64,000 nucleotides of DNA from a virus. Lineage: Duplodnaviria > Caudoviricetes. The notes under the pieces were generated by a model. It was not told the DNA's origin, did no database searches, and was given only the letters and a program-made list of their open reading frames with translations. Below, in pieces: positions 20,559 through 31,706 of the stretch (the first letter of the stretch is position 1; each line of letters opens with the position of its first letter). Location of the stretch: positions 34,185 through 98,184 of the IMG/VR virus record IMGVR_UViG_3300020050_009224; one strand, written 5' to 3'. A program made the position numbers and the translations under genes.

Positions 20559-20807
20559 ATGGAACCAAAAAATTTAGAAAAATTAGCAGTATTAATGGGA
20601 TTATCTTTTAAAGAAAAAAGTAATTTTCCTGATATGTTAGCTAAAGGAACAAGAGTATTTGATGGAATAAATGGGCAAAGATTTTTAATTGAGTCCTCTT
20701 GGTCCGATGATAAAATATATCAAGAATTAGGCAAAGCTCTTATTTCTATCGGTAAAAGACAAAAATGTATGGAAATTAATAAAATTTTATCAATAACCTC
20801 TGATTAA
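20559..20807 (+). CDS. Hypothetical protein
   Basis: 82 aa ORF. Confidence 0.6.
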   Translation: MEPKNLEKLAVLMGLSFKEKSNFPDMLAKGTRVFDGINGQRFLIESSWSDDKIYQELGKALISIGKRQKCMEINKILSITSD

Positions 20808-21343
20808 CATGGAAAAGAATATATTAAGAAGTAATAGTTTACTATCAAGATTAGAAAAAATAGGAAATTCAACTGATGAAAAAGTACATCAAATACTTGA
20901 AAATCAAGTAGTTATGATGGAAGCTTTACAAAAGCAAAAGGATAAATTTAATGATTATTAAAATGAAAAAATGAAAAACTTAAAATAATATGCAACTATT
21001 TCTAACTTTCTATTATTTATTTTTAAAAGAATACTAGATAAAAACAAACAAAAATGATAGATTTTAATAAAAAAATTCAAGAAAAATTTAATCAGATGTG
21101 TGAATCTGGTAATTAAATACAACAACCCCCGTTATTTATGCAACAAAAAACTTATTTATCGTTTAAAGCTTTAAAAGAACTTCAAAATCTCTATTCTTAT
21201 CATCAATATTGGAAAGAATCTCAAAATGAACCAATGCTGCAAAGGATAGAAAATGAAATTCGAATATTTAAAATGAACCATAATATGGCTGATTAATTTA
21301 GCTTTTATTATTTAATTAGTACAAACTAACTAAAATTCAGTAA

Positions 21344-21595
21344 ATGGAAATCAAAGAAAGAACTATACTGGAATTTTTTAATGAATTTCCAGAACCTTAT
21401 AAAACTCAGGCTATTCATAACTACAATGAAAAACCATTGTCAAAAGATAAACATCTTCATCATTGGGCTGCTTTAATAAGTGGTTTTGAATGGGCACTTA
21501 CTAAAGAAGAAGGTAAATATTGGGATAATTTTTATAAAGACTTAGTAACTGAAAAAGTTATATTAACAGCTGGTAATCATTGTGAAATCTATTAA
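21344..21595 (+). CDS. YEIY-tail family protein (variant CEIY)
   Basis: Ends ...GNHCEIY*. Confidence 0.7.
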   Translation: MEIKERTILEFFNEFPEPYKTQAIHNYNEKPLSKDKHLHHWAALISGFEWALTKEEGKYWDNFYKDLVTEKVILTAGNHCEIY

Positions 21596-21615
21596 TAAAC
21601 AAATTTAACACAAAT

Positions 21616-22720
21616 ATGAGCGCAAAAAGATTTTCAAAAGATGAACTTTATAGTAAAATATATAGTTTAAATAAGAAAGATAAGATGAAATATCCAGCTA
21701 ATGGTTATAATACTCTACAAACTGCTAAAAGACTCTTACAAGAATATGCAAACAGAGATTATACAGATAGAGCTATTTCTAAAACTCATAGAGAAATAAC
21801 TAGGATAAAATGACAAGAAGGCACCATAAAAAGCTTCAGGCACTATGTAAAGATAATTTAAAAATATCTGGAAGTAGTGCTTGGCTTTCTGATTTAGATT
21901 CCTTAGCTAATAATCAACATTCTTATTTTAGAATAATAGCTTTGATAGGAAGTAACAATTTAAGTGGTAAAATAAAACATTTTAAACATTTATTAAACTA
22001 ATGAAAATAATTTTATTTATACTTCCTTCTATTTTTGGATTTATTGCTATATTTTTTGCTTTAAAGGTATTTTTTGCTTTAAAGGTTATTATAAGCGCAT
22101 TTAATCCAGATATTGATGAAAATTACACTATAAATTATACACCAGTTTATACAAATATGGCTAAAGCAATTTTATTTTTAATAATTCAATATTCACTAAT
22201 TTTTATATTATCATGAAAAATTTATTATTACAAAAACCTTGGGTTATCACTGGATTTATAGCTGTAATATGCTTTATTATAGGCTATTGTGGAAAATTTC
22301 AAGAGGCTGCTAAAAAATCTACTAATCAATCTTACAAAGATAGTTTAGATTTAGTAAATCAAGAATTCTGCATAGCTAGAGAAAAGCTAATTATAACTAA
22401 TTCTTTAATTACTAAACTTGAAGAAAAAGCAATTTATTTAAATAAGTACATTATTTTTAGACAAGAAGAACTAATGGATTTATGTCCTAAAACACATTAT
22501 CATGTCTCAAATAAACGTAGATACTAAAAAGAAAAAAGTCATTGAAATTTATTCTGATTGTAGTTATGAGTTTGACAAACTATATAAATTTACACTTGAG
22601 AAAATAAGTAATGGTGAAACTACTTGGAAAGCTCATATAGAAGGTTTAGATCCACAAGATCCTTTTTATTTTAAACTAACTGAAGCAATTATTAATCATT
22701 TTAAAAAGAATCCTATATGA
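21616..22720 (+). CDS. Cluster of five small coupled hypothetical genes (21616-21813, 21810-22001, 22001-22216, 22213-22527, 22502-22720), two membrane-associated
   Basis: Overlapping start/stop codons typical of a phage operon. Confidence 0.55.
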
Positions 22721-22949
22721 ATTAGAAAAGGCAAAAATTCTGTTTAAACCTATTGAAATAATTTATGAAGTTTATTAACTTAAAAGCAAGGAGTATCTAA
22801 GAGATATTTAGAAGGTCATAACTTCCTCCCTGCGCTATTATTTGTTATCCAAATCTTACAGCCCAAAAACTATTGTTAGGGACTGATTGTATTTCGATAG
22901 TAAATAGTCAAACATTAAATATATTAAAAACAACAAAAATTCAAGAAAC

Positions 22950-23444
22950 ATGAAAGAGTATGGTTTAGCAGTTGTATCAGTAAGTGATTACAACAACAAC
23001 AATCCACTTCAGTCAGTAATTGACAGAAATGGTAAACAATCTGTAATTTTGACTTCAGTAGCAGGTAGAATTCCTAATAAGAATGTTCTTACAGGAACAG
23101 TTGCTGAAAGTGCAAAAATTGTAGCAGGTGAAATGTGCCTAGTACAAATTATGGAGTATGAAGAAGGAGATCCACAAGTTCTTGATGGCCGCATAGACCT
23201 TAAAGAATATGGAAGAACTTTCAATTACCGTAAATTGGAAAAAGTATCAGGTCTCCAGCTTGATGAGTACAGAGCTAAACTCGGTAAAGCAGAAGTAGAA
23301 ATTGTAGCAACTGATAAAAAAGAAGTGCCACAAGGACTTATTGATGAAAGAAAAGCTCGTCAAGAAGAATCTGTAAGCCGTAGAAATGAAAGAGAAAAGA
23401 AAGCTGCAACTATGGTAGCTAGTGATTTCAGAGGTGTCTTCTAA
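22950..23444 (+). CDS. Hypothetical protein (possible OB-fold)
   Basis: 164 aa, followed by a terminator. Confidence 0.7.
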   Translation: MKEYGLAVVSVSDYNNNNPLQSVIDRNGKQSVILTSVAGRIPNKNVLTGTVAESAKIVAGEMCLVQIMEYEEGDPQVLDGRIDLKEYGRTFNYRKLEKVSGLQLDEYRAKLGKAEVEIVATDKKEVPQGLIDERKARQEESVSRRNEREKKAATMVASDFRGVF

Positions 23445-23467
23445 CCTTTGATTATTGTAAATGTGAG

Positions 23468-23503
23468 GAAATGGGTAGAGTAAAATTTACCCATTTCTTT
23501 TTT
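23468..23503 (+). terminator. Intrinsic terminator
   Basis: GAAATGGGTAGA/TTTACCCATTTC stem plus T-run. Confidence 0.75.
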
Positions 23504-23525
23504 ACTATTAAATCTTAAAAAAATT

Positions 23526-23840
23526 ATGGGATATACAACACCAGTCTTTAAAAAAGGAAATTATTACACAGCTACAAGTAGAAATAAAAGTAATGATGAA
23601 ATAGATTGCATTTTTCAATGTACAGAAGATAATAATTTGTATGTTAGTACCAAAATGTTACTTGTTTATACTGAGGCTTATGAAAGTCATGACTATGGAT
23701 TTGATACTTCAGACCTTGAAGATTTTTATTTTAAAGAAGCTACATTTGAACAAATTGCATGGCTTAAAGCTTGTATAGAAGCTGATGACTTTGTTCCTTT
23801 TGAAGAAGTAAAATTAAATGTTAATTACGAAATATATTAA
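23526..23840 (+). CDS. YEIY-tail family protein
   Basis: Ends ...KLNVNYEIY*. Confidence 0.8.
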   Translation: MGYTTPVFKKGNYYTATSRNKSNDEIDCIFQCTEDNNLYVSTKMLLVYTEAYESHDYGFDTSDLEDFYFKEATFEQIAWLKACIEADDFVPFEEVKLNVNYEIY

Positions 23841-23847
23841 AAGTAAT

Positions 23848-24159
23848 ATGGAAAAACAAACACTTCTTAAATCTGATTTTAAAGCTGGTAATTTTTATAC
23901 TCATGTACAACCTAAAAGCGCAGGTGTTTGGGTAATTGAAGTAATTGAAACTAACAAAAGCTGTAATTATGTTTATACAGGAGCTGGACTTATCTTTAGT
24001 AAAGATTATATTTGGAATAATGATCCTACTAGTTACACTAAGGATGCTATTTATAGATTATCAACTCCAGAAGAAATTCAACATTTTCACAAAGCAGCAA
24101 AAGAGAATGGATATATCTCTCCAATTATATCTTATGAAGTAGCATATGAAATCTACTAA
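23848..24159 (+). CDS. YEIY-tail family protein
   Basis: Ends ...SYEVAYEIY*; start ATG 23848 within ORF 23818. Confidence 0.8.
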   Translation: MEKQTLLKSDFKAGNFYTHVQPKSAGVWVIEVIETNKSCNYVYTGAGLIFSKDYIWNNDPTSYTKDAIYRLSTPEEIQHFHKAAKENGYISPIISYEVAYEIY

Positions 24160-24210
24160 AACAAGTAAATTATTTAATTTTTATATATAAACAACAAATC
24201 AATTTTTATT

Positions 24211-24693
24211 ATGGGAAAAAACACAGTAAAAGCAAACTCAACAGCAGTTTCAGTTAGTAGTAAATTTACACAAGCCGATGTACCAACATTGCTTGAACAA
24301 GTAAATGCAAAAATCAAAGAACTAAAAGGAGAAGAAAGTGAGTCCGTAAGGATTACTACAGGACTTGGCCCTTTTGGCTTAATCTCATCTATCAAAGATC
24401 CAGGAGTATTGATTGCAGCCTGCTCTTATATCCGTAAAAAAGCAGCAGCTTACAAAGAACTTGTACCAGAATTCCAAGATATGGTTAAATCTTGTAAAAT
24501 TCCTGCTTTTAAAGAAGGTGGCCACTCAGAGGAAGCATGGGAAAAAGAAATCAAACTTCAATTCCGTAGTGCTACTTTTGAAGCTGAAATTCAAAAACTT
24601 ACTCAAATTAAAACTGAGTTGGAATCTTGCCTTTCAGAAGATATGAAACTTGCTGCAAAGTTGGCAAATATTTCAGATTTGCTTACTCAATAA
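24211..24693 (+). CDS. Hypothetical helical protein
   Basis: 160 aa ORF followed by a hairpin at 24712-24740. Confidence 0.75.
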   Translation: MGKNTVKANSTAVSVSSKFTQADVPTLLEQVNAKIKELKGEESESVRITTGLGPFGLISSIKDPGVLIAACSYIRKKAAAYKELVPEFQDMVKSCKIPAFKEGGHSEEAWEKEIKLQFRSATFEAEIQKLTQIKTELESCLSEDMKLAAKLANISDLLTQ

Positions 24694-24757
24694 TTCAGTA
24701 ATCAAGTAATAAAGAGGGTGGATTTTTCTGCCCTCTTATTATTTTAAACTTTAACTT

Positions 24758-24985
24758 ATGTCAAAATTTAAAATAGGAGATACAGTAAAATGCATTGAAG
24801 TAGAAAATATAGATTATTTGGATGATTTTCCAGGAGCAGGTTGGGTTAAAGATAGGGAGTTTAAAATAGATTCTATCTGGTCAGAAGATGATGAACAAGG
24901 AGCTTGCTATGGATCTAATAATTTTTCCAATGGAATTAGAGAAGGGGCTTTAGAATTAGTTATAACTCACTATGAAATTTATTAA
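24758..24985 (+). CDS. YEIY-tail family protein (SH3/KOW-like start FKIGDTVK)
   Basis: Ends ...ITHYEIY*. Confidence 0.8.
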   Translation: MSKFKIGDTVKCIEVENIDYLDDFPGAGWVKDREFKIDSIWSEDDEQGACYGSNNFSNGIREGALELVITHYEIY

Positions 24986-25007
24986 CAATTAAAAACAAAA
25001 AAACATT

Positions 25008-25325
25008 ATGGTAAATTACAAGGTATATCCTGATAACTTACCTAACACCAATAAAGAAATAGAACAACTTTTAGAAAAACTACTGAAAGAAAAAGTTTTA
25101 AATAATCCTAAATACAATTATAAAGAATTAGGAATAGAAGATCATTCTGGTACACAATTTACGATTAATCATAAATGTACAATGAATTTTAAAGGTGTTT
25201 TGGTAATACATATTTTAGGAGCGTATTATGAGCACTCTAAATTTTATTCTACAGCTTTTTTTAATGCTGAAATTCAAAAAAAGCTAAATGCTTTTGAAGA
25301 GTACTTAAGAACAAAACCTCAATAA
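25008..25325 (+). CDS. Hypothetical protein
   Basis: 105 aa ORF. Confidence 0.6.
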   Translation: MVNYKVYPDNLPNTNKEIEQLLEKLLKEKVLNNPKYNYKELGIEDHSGTQFTINHKCTMNFKGVLVIHILGAYYEHSKFYSTAFFNAEIQKKLNAFEEYLRTKPQ

Positions 25326-25493
25326 TTCTAGTAACACAACTATGAAATACATTTTTATATTAATTGGATACCTAATTTTGCTTTTTGTAGCAGTTTGGGT
25401 ATTCAATCATATTAATCCTTGGCTAGGGATTTTTGCATTTATAGCTATTATTATTCATATCATATATTATATAAATAACAAAACAAAAAAAAC

Positions 25494-26276
25494 ATGAAAC
25501 CAATTAAATTTTTAGCAGTCATTCTATTTACTACTTTAATCACTTCTTGTGAAAGAGTAGCACCAAATTATCAAGGAGTTCTTATGGAAAACTATGGCAA
25601 ATCTGGCAAATCTGACTACAGTCTGGTAATGGGTAGAGTTAATACTACAGCTCCAGGAACTGAATTATTTCAAGTACCTTTATTTGAAAAAAGAGGAGAA
25701 ACTCAAGATCAACTACATCTAAAAGCAGCAGATAATACTGAATTTACAGCAAAACCTGTTTATTCTATTAAAGCTATTTCTAATATGTGTGTAGATATTG
25801 TATTTGAAAATAGTAATCTTAAAGCAAATGAAGATTTTTTGCTAGCTATTGAAGACAATATTCTTGAGCCTAAAATTTATGATCTTATGAAAGAAGCTAG
25901 TAGAAGTTATACTACAGATACTTTGATGGCTAGTGGAGGTTCTTTAAAATTTGAACAACATGTGCAAGAAGATGTAAAATTGGAATTTGCTAAAAAAGGA
26001 TTTGAACTTTTATCTTTTTCTTGCCAATTAGACTTTACTGATAAAGTAAAACAAGGTATAGATACAAGAAACGAAGTTAAAACTAGTATTACTACTTTAA
26101 CTAGTCAAATTGAAGAACAAAGATTGAAAAATGATTTGGCTAAATTACAAGCAGATTATTACAGGATCATTTACACACCTGAATATCTTCAGGAAAGAAT
26201 GATAGATGCTCTTAAATGGTCTAATAATAGGGTTATTATCACTGATGGTAAGACTCCAGTAATGCTTAGTAATTAA
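25494..26276 (+). CDS. SPFH/Band-7 domain lipoprotein
   Basis: Lipobox-like LITSC, then ERVAPNYQGV...; C-terminal coiled coil typical of phage SPFH proteins. Confidence 0.8.
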   Translation: MKPIKFLAVILFTTLITSCERVAPNYQGVLMENYGKSGKSDYSLVMGRVNTTAPGTELFQVPLFEKRGETQDQLHLKAADNTEFTAKPVYSIKAISNMCVDIVFENSNLKANEDFLLAIEDNILEPKIYDLMKEASRSYTTDTLMASGGSLKFEQHVQEDVKLEFAKKGFELLSFSCQLDFTDKVKQGIDTRNEVKTSITTLTSQIEEQRLKNDLAKLQADYYRIIYTPEYLQERMIDALKWSNNRVIITDGKTPVMLSN

Positions 26277-26420
26277 ATTTTAAGAACAAATTACAATAAT
26301 AAACTTCTCTGGGTGGCCATGAGATATACCTTACTCTTAATCGGCAAACATGGGACTGCAAAGAAGTATCACATAGGAGAAGTTTATTTTATTTAACATT
26401 AACTTAATAATTAAAAAACA

Positions 26421-26894
26421 ATGGATTCACTAATTAGATTTTTCTTTCATCATGCTGATTATTACAGTACAATATCTGATACAATTAACGGAGGAATTTA
26501 TGCAATAGTAGCTCTTATAGTTATTGCAATAATTATTAGAATTGTTACAATTTTAATAGCTAGATCTTGCTACGTAATAGAAACAGAAAATAATACTGGA
26601 ATATTTGTAGTTTCTACTATTATCGCATGTATATATTCTACATTTGAATATCTAACAATTGTGTATATCACTTCTTTTTTTAGTATGGGGTGGTTTATAG
26701 CACTTAATATTTTTTATCTATTACTTTGGTCTTTAGGTACAGGTGTAAAAGCCAAATATTCTGCTGATACACTTTCAAAATTATCTTATTTAACTCATGC
26801 AGTTTTTACATATTCTTTTAATAAGATTAATTATTTGATATTTATTCAAAAAGAAACAGAATTAACTAAAGCACAATTAAAACCAATAAAATAA
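26421..26894 (+). CDS. Membrane protein
   Basis: Several hydrophobic segments. Confidence 0.65.
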   Translation: MDSLIRFFFHHADYYSTISDTINGGIYAIVALIVIAIIIRIVTILIARSCYVIETENNTGIFVVSTIIACIYSTFEYLTIVYITSFFSMGWFIALNIFYLLLWSLGTGVKAKYSADTLSKLSYLTHAVFTYSFNKINYLIFIQKETELTKAQLKPIK

Positions 26895-27748
26895 TGAATA
26901 CAACAACTAAAAAAAGAATTTCTGAAGTAATTTCAGAAGAAATTGATTTAAAAAAACAAGAACACAAAGCAGAAAAATCTGTATTATTAATTGGAGCAGG
27001 AGATCCTGTCATAGAAGAAAATAGAAATATTTACAGGACTTTAAAAGATATTGGTATTGTTAATGCTAGTTTTAATAAAGAACTGGAGCAAGAAGACAAT
27101 CTTATTTTACAAAGTAGACAAGAAAACAATTTTACTTCTGCTTTAAATTCTCTAATTCAGTTTTATCCTAAAAACAGAATTATTTCTTACCCAGAATTAC
27201 ATTCTGTATTAGTTAAATATGATTTATTTTTAGGGCCATTAGCTGCATATACTAAAGAAATTCCTAAAGACAAAGCTCAGCAACTAATTGAATTATTTGA
27301 ATATGAAAAAAGAAAATTTACTACCATATGTAATAACTATGTACTTGATTCTTATTCAAATTTTAAAGACAGTGTAAAAATAGGAACTTTAGCAGGTATG
27401 ATAAATAAAAATCCAGATTTAGGTAACATTGAAGCTCATTATAGTTATGGTAATCAGTCTTTTGGTTATTATATAGCAGCTCCTAAAACTGATTTTGTTA
27501 AAAAAGATAGCTATTTAATAAGTAGAGAAATTTGTTATAGTAGTATTTCAAAGGGAAATTTTAAACTAAGTAAAATAAATTTTACTAATCCTTTTACTAC
27601 GACAACTAATGCTTTAGATAGTATGGTTCCTAAAGATCCAATTATTGTAAGACCTTGGCAAGTTAAAGGTAAATTGTATTTTGTAATAGGCCCAGCTTGG
27701 GATAGAGAACAATTTGACCCTAAAATCTTCAATCACATTGTAAATTAA
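26894..27748 (+). CDS. Hypothetical protein
   Basis: 284 aa; C-terminal DPII...YFVI..AW motif. Confidence 0.75.
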   Translation: MNTTTKKRISEVISEEIDLKKQEHKAEKSVLLIGAGDPVIEENRNIYRTLKDIGIVNASFNKELEQEDNLILQSRQENNFTSALNSLIQFYPKNRIISYPELHSVLVKYDLFLGPLAAYTKEIPKDKAQQLIELFEYEKRKFTTICNNYVLDSYSNFKDSVKIGTLAGMINKNPDLGNIEAHYSYGNQSFGYYIAAPKTDFVKKDSYLISREICYSSISKGNFKLSKINFTNPFTTTTNALDSMVPKDPIIVRPWQVKGKLYFVIGPAWDREQFDPKIFNHIVN

Positions 27749-27923
27749 AAGTATAAATAATAAGATTTTTAGTAATTCGATAACCAAAAGAGGGTAAGAA
27801 TGAGTTTTTTCACGACAACAGACTAGGATATAAGTTTGTATCAAAGAACAAATGGGACTTTAAAAAAGGTTTTAACGCATAAAAAATCTTATTATTTATT
27901 TTAAACTTAAATTTTATTAAATT

Positions 27924-29043
27924 ATGAAATTAAAATATCAAATTGTATTAGTTACATTGTTATGTGTAATTATATATCTATTATTTAGCTTTAATCAAGT
28001 AACACTTGATATATCTAAATGGACTGAAGGATCTAGAGATGGATGTGCTTCATTAACTGGATTATTAATTACACTAGCTACAATTGTATCTCTTGTAGAT
28101 TTTTCTGATAAAAAGAAATAATAATTATGAATAGATTTGCATTATATGTTGATCTTTTTTATAGGACTTTTACAATTTTTAACAAAAATAACTTATGACA
28201 AATAAAAAACTTATACAAATAGCATCATTTATAGTACTGATGCTTGTTTTTAATCTAATACCTTGGATAGGACTAGCTAACTGGGCAGCTTTTCTTATGG
28301 TAATAGGATTAATAGATAGCATACCTACTATACGTTTAAAAGATAATGAATTCTTGTATAAAGCGCAGGATTTTCTAGATCATAAAAATGAATTTAAAAA
28401 GTATCTAAAATACAGTTTTGATCATGATAAACTAATCTATATATCTGCTTTTTTATTATGTTTAACAATAGGTTATTATGTCATTTCTGATTTATTTATC
28501 TATAAACAAGTATCTACAGATATGAGATTAGCTATTTCTTGTTTTGGTGCAATCTATGGTTTTTATTTTTTTAGATCTTACATACAAGCTTATAAGGAGA
28601 TGAAACAATGATAATACAATTTTACTAACATGCTATCTATTATAATATTAATAATTTTTTTAACTTTAGCTGCCTTTTTCAAAGCAAGATTAGATTTTCA
28701 TTCAGAAAATACTAAACATTTAACATGGCAAAACAAATACAAATATACAAAAAACAATTTAAACGAAAATTATATTTTTGAAAAAACTACAAAACAAGAT
28801 AAACTTAGATATTTATATTTATATACACCTATATATAGTGAAAAATTTGCCTATTCTACTACTTTTTTAGTGGCCAAAACAGACTTATGGCATCTATATC
28901 AATTCTTCTTTCTAAGGTCTATATGGACTTGTATTACAGTATTTATGCCTTTATCAGGCTGGTGGAAATTAGGATTTATATTTATTATTTTTCCTATATT
29001 TTTTGGAATAATATTTGAAATTTTTTACAAAACAAAGAAATGA
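27924..29043 (+). CDS. Three membrane proteins (27924-28121, 28195-28611, 28630-29043)
   Basis: Hydrophobic ORFs; the last has a TDLWH motif. Confidence 0.6.
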
Positions 29044-29190
29044 ATATATTTAGAAGAATCTTAAATTTTATTGCTGATAGTATAGAAACTGAAAATAAAG
29101 AAGAAATTTTCCATCATCCTGTAACTGGGTATAGTGGAAATAGATCTAATATGGATACTTACATTATAAACAGAGAAAAGAAATTAAAAA

Positions 29191-29451
29191 ATGACAAATA
29201 CTAATATAAAAATTGGGGATATTATTCAAATTAATACCGAAAATCTTTTAACTACTGGTGCATTAAATAATAAAGGTTTAATTTGTAAAATAAGTAAAAT
29301 TAGAAATACTGACGGTAATCATGGTGTTATAAATAGAAATGCTTTTATACATATTGCAAATTTAGAAGGAAATGATATAACAACTAACGGTATTTGGTTA
29401 CATGAATTTACTATTTCAAGTAATTCATCTATTATTTATGAAATATACTAA
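29191..29451 (+). CDS. YEIY-tail family protein
   Basis: IKIGDII start; ends SIIYEIY*. Confidence 0.8.
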   Translation: MTNTNIKIGDIIQINTENLLTTGALNNKGLICKISKIRNTDGNHGVINRNAFIHIANLEGNDITTNGIWLHEFTISSNSSIIYEIY

Positions 29452-29470
29452 TTAAAAAACAAAAAAAATT

Positions 29471-29734
29471 ATGAAAAAAGAAGACTTTAGAAAAGGAAAT
29501 ATTTATACAGTAAAAGAAGTTGTTAGTGGGGTAGAGTATGTGTTTCAATGGTTAGATGATAGAATTGGAGCTTACACTTATATAAAAAAAGGCACTCATC
29601 ATTCTAATGGAGGAGCTTGGGCTAACTATTTTATAGGCAGTGAAGCTACTAAAGAACAGATAGAATTACTACTTAGAAATCGTCATTTTAAACCAGAATT
29701 GTATAATCCTCAAATTTCATACGAAGTTTACTAA
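29471..29734 (+). CDS. YEIY-tail family protein
   Basis: Ends QISYEVY*. Confidence 0.8.
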   Translation: MKKEDFRKGNIYTVKEVVSGVEYVFQWLDDRIGAYTYIKKGTHHSNGGAWANYFIGSEATKEQIELLLRNRHFKPELYNPQISYEVY

Positions 29735-29747
29735 ATATTTTTAAATT

Positions 29748-30692
29748 ATGAGAAGATTACAAGATTGTACTAATGATTATGGTGGTATTCTTATAACAGA
29801 ACAAGAAATACCTACTTTACTAAAGGTAGGCTACTTTGAAGATGATTCCTGTTATTGGTCAGAACAAGATAAATGGTTTGATGAAGAAGAATCTGATGAA
29901 AATGAATTAAATTTTATTTACAATAAATGGGATAAATTACCTTTTAGAGAATCTAGATGGGAATATTGGACTAGAGTTACAAATATATCAGGCTGGAGTT
30001 TTCCTTGGCATAAACATTATTTTACTAGTAATAAATGTCCATATAAAATTAAAAAAAGGATATTAAAATCTAGTATTGGAGATTCTTTTGATAATGCTTT
30101 TAGTAAATATTGTAAATTAGTAGAACCTAGATACCAAAAAGACTTTGAGAAGGAATTTAGTTCTCCAAGATTATCTTATTATTATAATAGAAATGATTCT
30201 AATTTTTATTTAAATGAATATGGTATTATTCTCGTAAAACCTAAAATTAAAAAAAATCTTTATGTTATAAGATCTAAAGATTTTCAAACTGTAAAAGAAT
30301 ATGTACATAAAATTATTGGTGATAAAATAAGTAAAGAAACTTTTGAAATTCTTCCTAATAAATATGGAAGAAAATATGGTTATTACTTACAAGATCAGTA
30401 TGAAGAAGTAATTAAAGTAATTAAAGGTTATGAATTTGAAGTAGGTTGTAATGATTATAGATATAAAAGATATAGAGCTGAACTTAACCAAAAACAAAAA
30501 GCTGAAAGAAAATTTGCTAAAAAACAAAAAGCAGCTAGAGTCTATGATTTTATGACTGAAAGAGAAAAGTTCAATAAAGCTAATAAATTAGATAAACAAA
30601 AACTTCAATCTCATGGTTTTGATGAAAATTCATTTAAAAGACATCATGGTAGAAAATATAGAAAATCACATAAATTAGAAAAACATGAATAA
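29748..30692 (+). CDS. Hypothetical protein (basic C-terminus)
   Basis: 314 aa ORF within the YEIY array; lacks the tail. Confidence 0.75.
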   Translation: MRRLQDCTNDYGGILITEQEIPTLLKVGYFEDDSCYWSEQDKWFDEEESDENELNFIYNKWDKLPFRESRWEYWTRVTNISGWSFPWHKHYFTSNKCPYKIKKRILKSSIGDSFDNAFSKYCKLVEPRYQKDFEKEFSSPRLSYYYNRNDSNFYLNEYGIILVKPKIKKNLYVIRSKDFQTVKEYVHKIIGDKISKETFEILPNKYGRKYGYYLQDQYEEVIKVIKGYEFEVGCNDYRYKRYRAELNQKQKAERKFAKKQKAARVYDFMTEREKFNKANKLDKQKLQSHGFDENSFKRHHGRKYRKSHKLEKHE

Positions 30693-30717
30693 AAAAATTG
30701 AATATGAAATCTATTAA
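30685..30717 (+). CDS. 10-aa micro-ORF MNKKIEYEIY (tag only)
   Basis: ATG AAT AAA AAA ATT GAA TAT GAA ATC TAT TAA overlapping the upstream stop; in-frame TAG at 30676 precludes extension. Confidence 0.5.
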   Translation: MNKKIEYEIY

Positions 30718-30729
30718 TTTTTTAATAAT

Positions 30730-30948
30730 ATGAAAGTAGGAGATAAAATAAGAAGATTACCTAAATACCAAACTGGAAATTGGGAAAACGAATGTGAAGA
30801 ATACGAGTTTAAAAAAGATTCTATATTAACTGTTAGCAAAATGGAGGGAAATCATCCTTGTATAAAAGAATTTATAAATAATAAAGGAAATTGGTATTTC
30901 GACAGATTTGAAGTAATAGAATCCGAATTGCAATATGAAATCTATTAA
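30730..30948 (+). CDS. YEIY-tail family protein
   Basis: MKVGDKIRR...ELQYEIY*. Confidence 0.82.
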   Translation: MKVGDKIRRLPKYQTGNWENECEEYEFKKDSILTVSKMEGNHPCIKEFINNKGNWYFDRFEVIESELQYEIY

Positions 30949-30960
30949 AAAAATTAGTTT

Positions 30961-31182
30961 ATGAAAAAAGGAGATAAAATCAGAAGATTACCAAGTGCTA
31001 GAGGAGAAACTTGGGTTAAAAAATGTACTCAAAATGGTATAAAACCTGATGCTATACTTACTGTATTACAATTAGACCCAGAAAATGATCCAGAAATAGC
31101 TGAGTTTGCAGTAAGTCAAAGAGGCTGGTATGCTAATAACTTTGAAATAGTTAATACAGAATTAGAATATGAAATCTATTGA
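30961..31182 (+). CDS. YEIY-tail family protein
   Basis: MKKGDKIRR...ELEYEIY*; paralog of 30730. Confidence 0.82.
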   Translation: MKKGDKIRRLPSARGETWVKKCTQNGIKPDAILTVLQLDPENDPEIAEFAVSQRGWYANNFEIVNTELEYEIY

Positions 31183-31477
31183 AAGTGAATTTGAAATAGG
31201 ACAATGGTATAAATCTAGCTATCAGCAATATGATCGTTATTCAATTGTACTCTACTTTAAACTATCTAAAATAATAAATAATAGCGAATTACAAACTAAA
31301 GAACATGTTAGAAGTAATGGAACTCATACATTACTTAAAAGACTATCTTTTACAGATTTTGTACATAATAACCCTAGAAAAGTATCTGAAGAAGATGTTA
31401 AAGCTTTTGTTTTAAGTAAAGGTAAAATCTGGTTACACACTAAAAACATGGAAAATACTATTTATGAGATCTACTAA
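31169..31477 (+). CDS. YEIY-tail family protein
   Basis: IGQWYK subfamily; ends NTIYEIY*. Confidence 0.8.
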   Translation: MKSIESEFEIGQWYKSSYQQYDRYSIVLYFKLSKIINNSELQTKEHVRSNGTHTLLKRLSFTDFVHNNPRKVSEEDVKAFVLSKGKIWLHTKNMENTIYEIY

Positions 31478-31488
31478 TAATTAATCAT

Positions 31489-31704
31489 ATGAAAGAAGGA
31501 GATAAAGTTATAAGAAAAATAGAAAATCAGGAAGATTTTATGTGGCTTACAATGTGTAAACGATATAATATTCTTCCAAATTCAGTTCTTACTATTTCTA
31601 AAGATAATGGTATAACACTTATGTTTGATGAAACTGATGATTGTAAAGCGTCAGTACTTTATTATGAATTAGTAAATTCTGAAGCTATATATGAAATCTA
31701 CTAA
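31489..31704 (+). CDS. YEIY-tail family protein
   Basis: MKEGDKVIR...AIYEIY*. Confidence 0.82.
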   Translation: MKEGDKVIRKIENQEDFMWLTMCKRYNILPNSVLTISKDNGITLMFDETDDCKASVLYYELVNSEAIYEIY

Positions 31705-31706
31705 TT

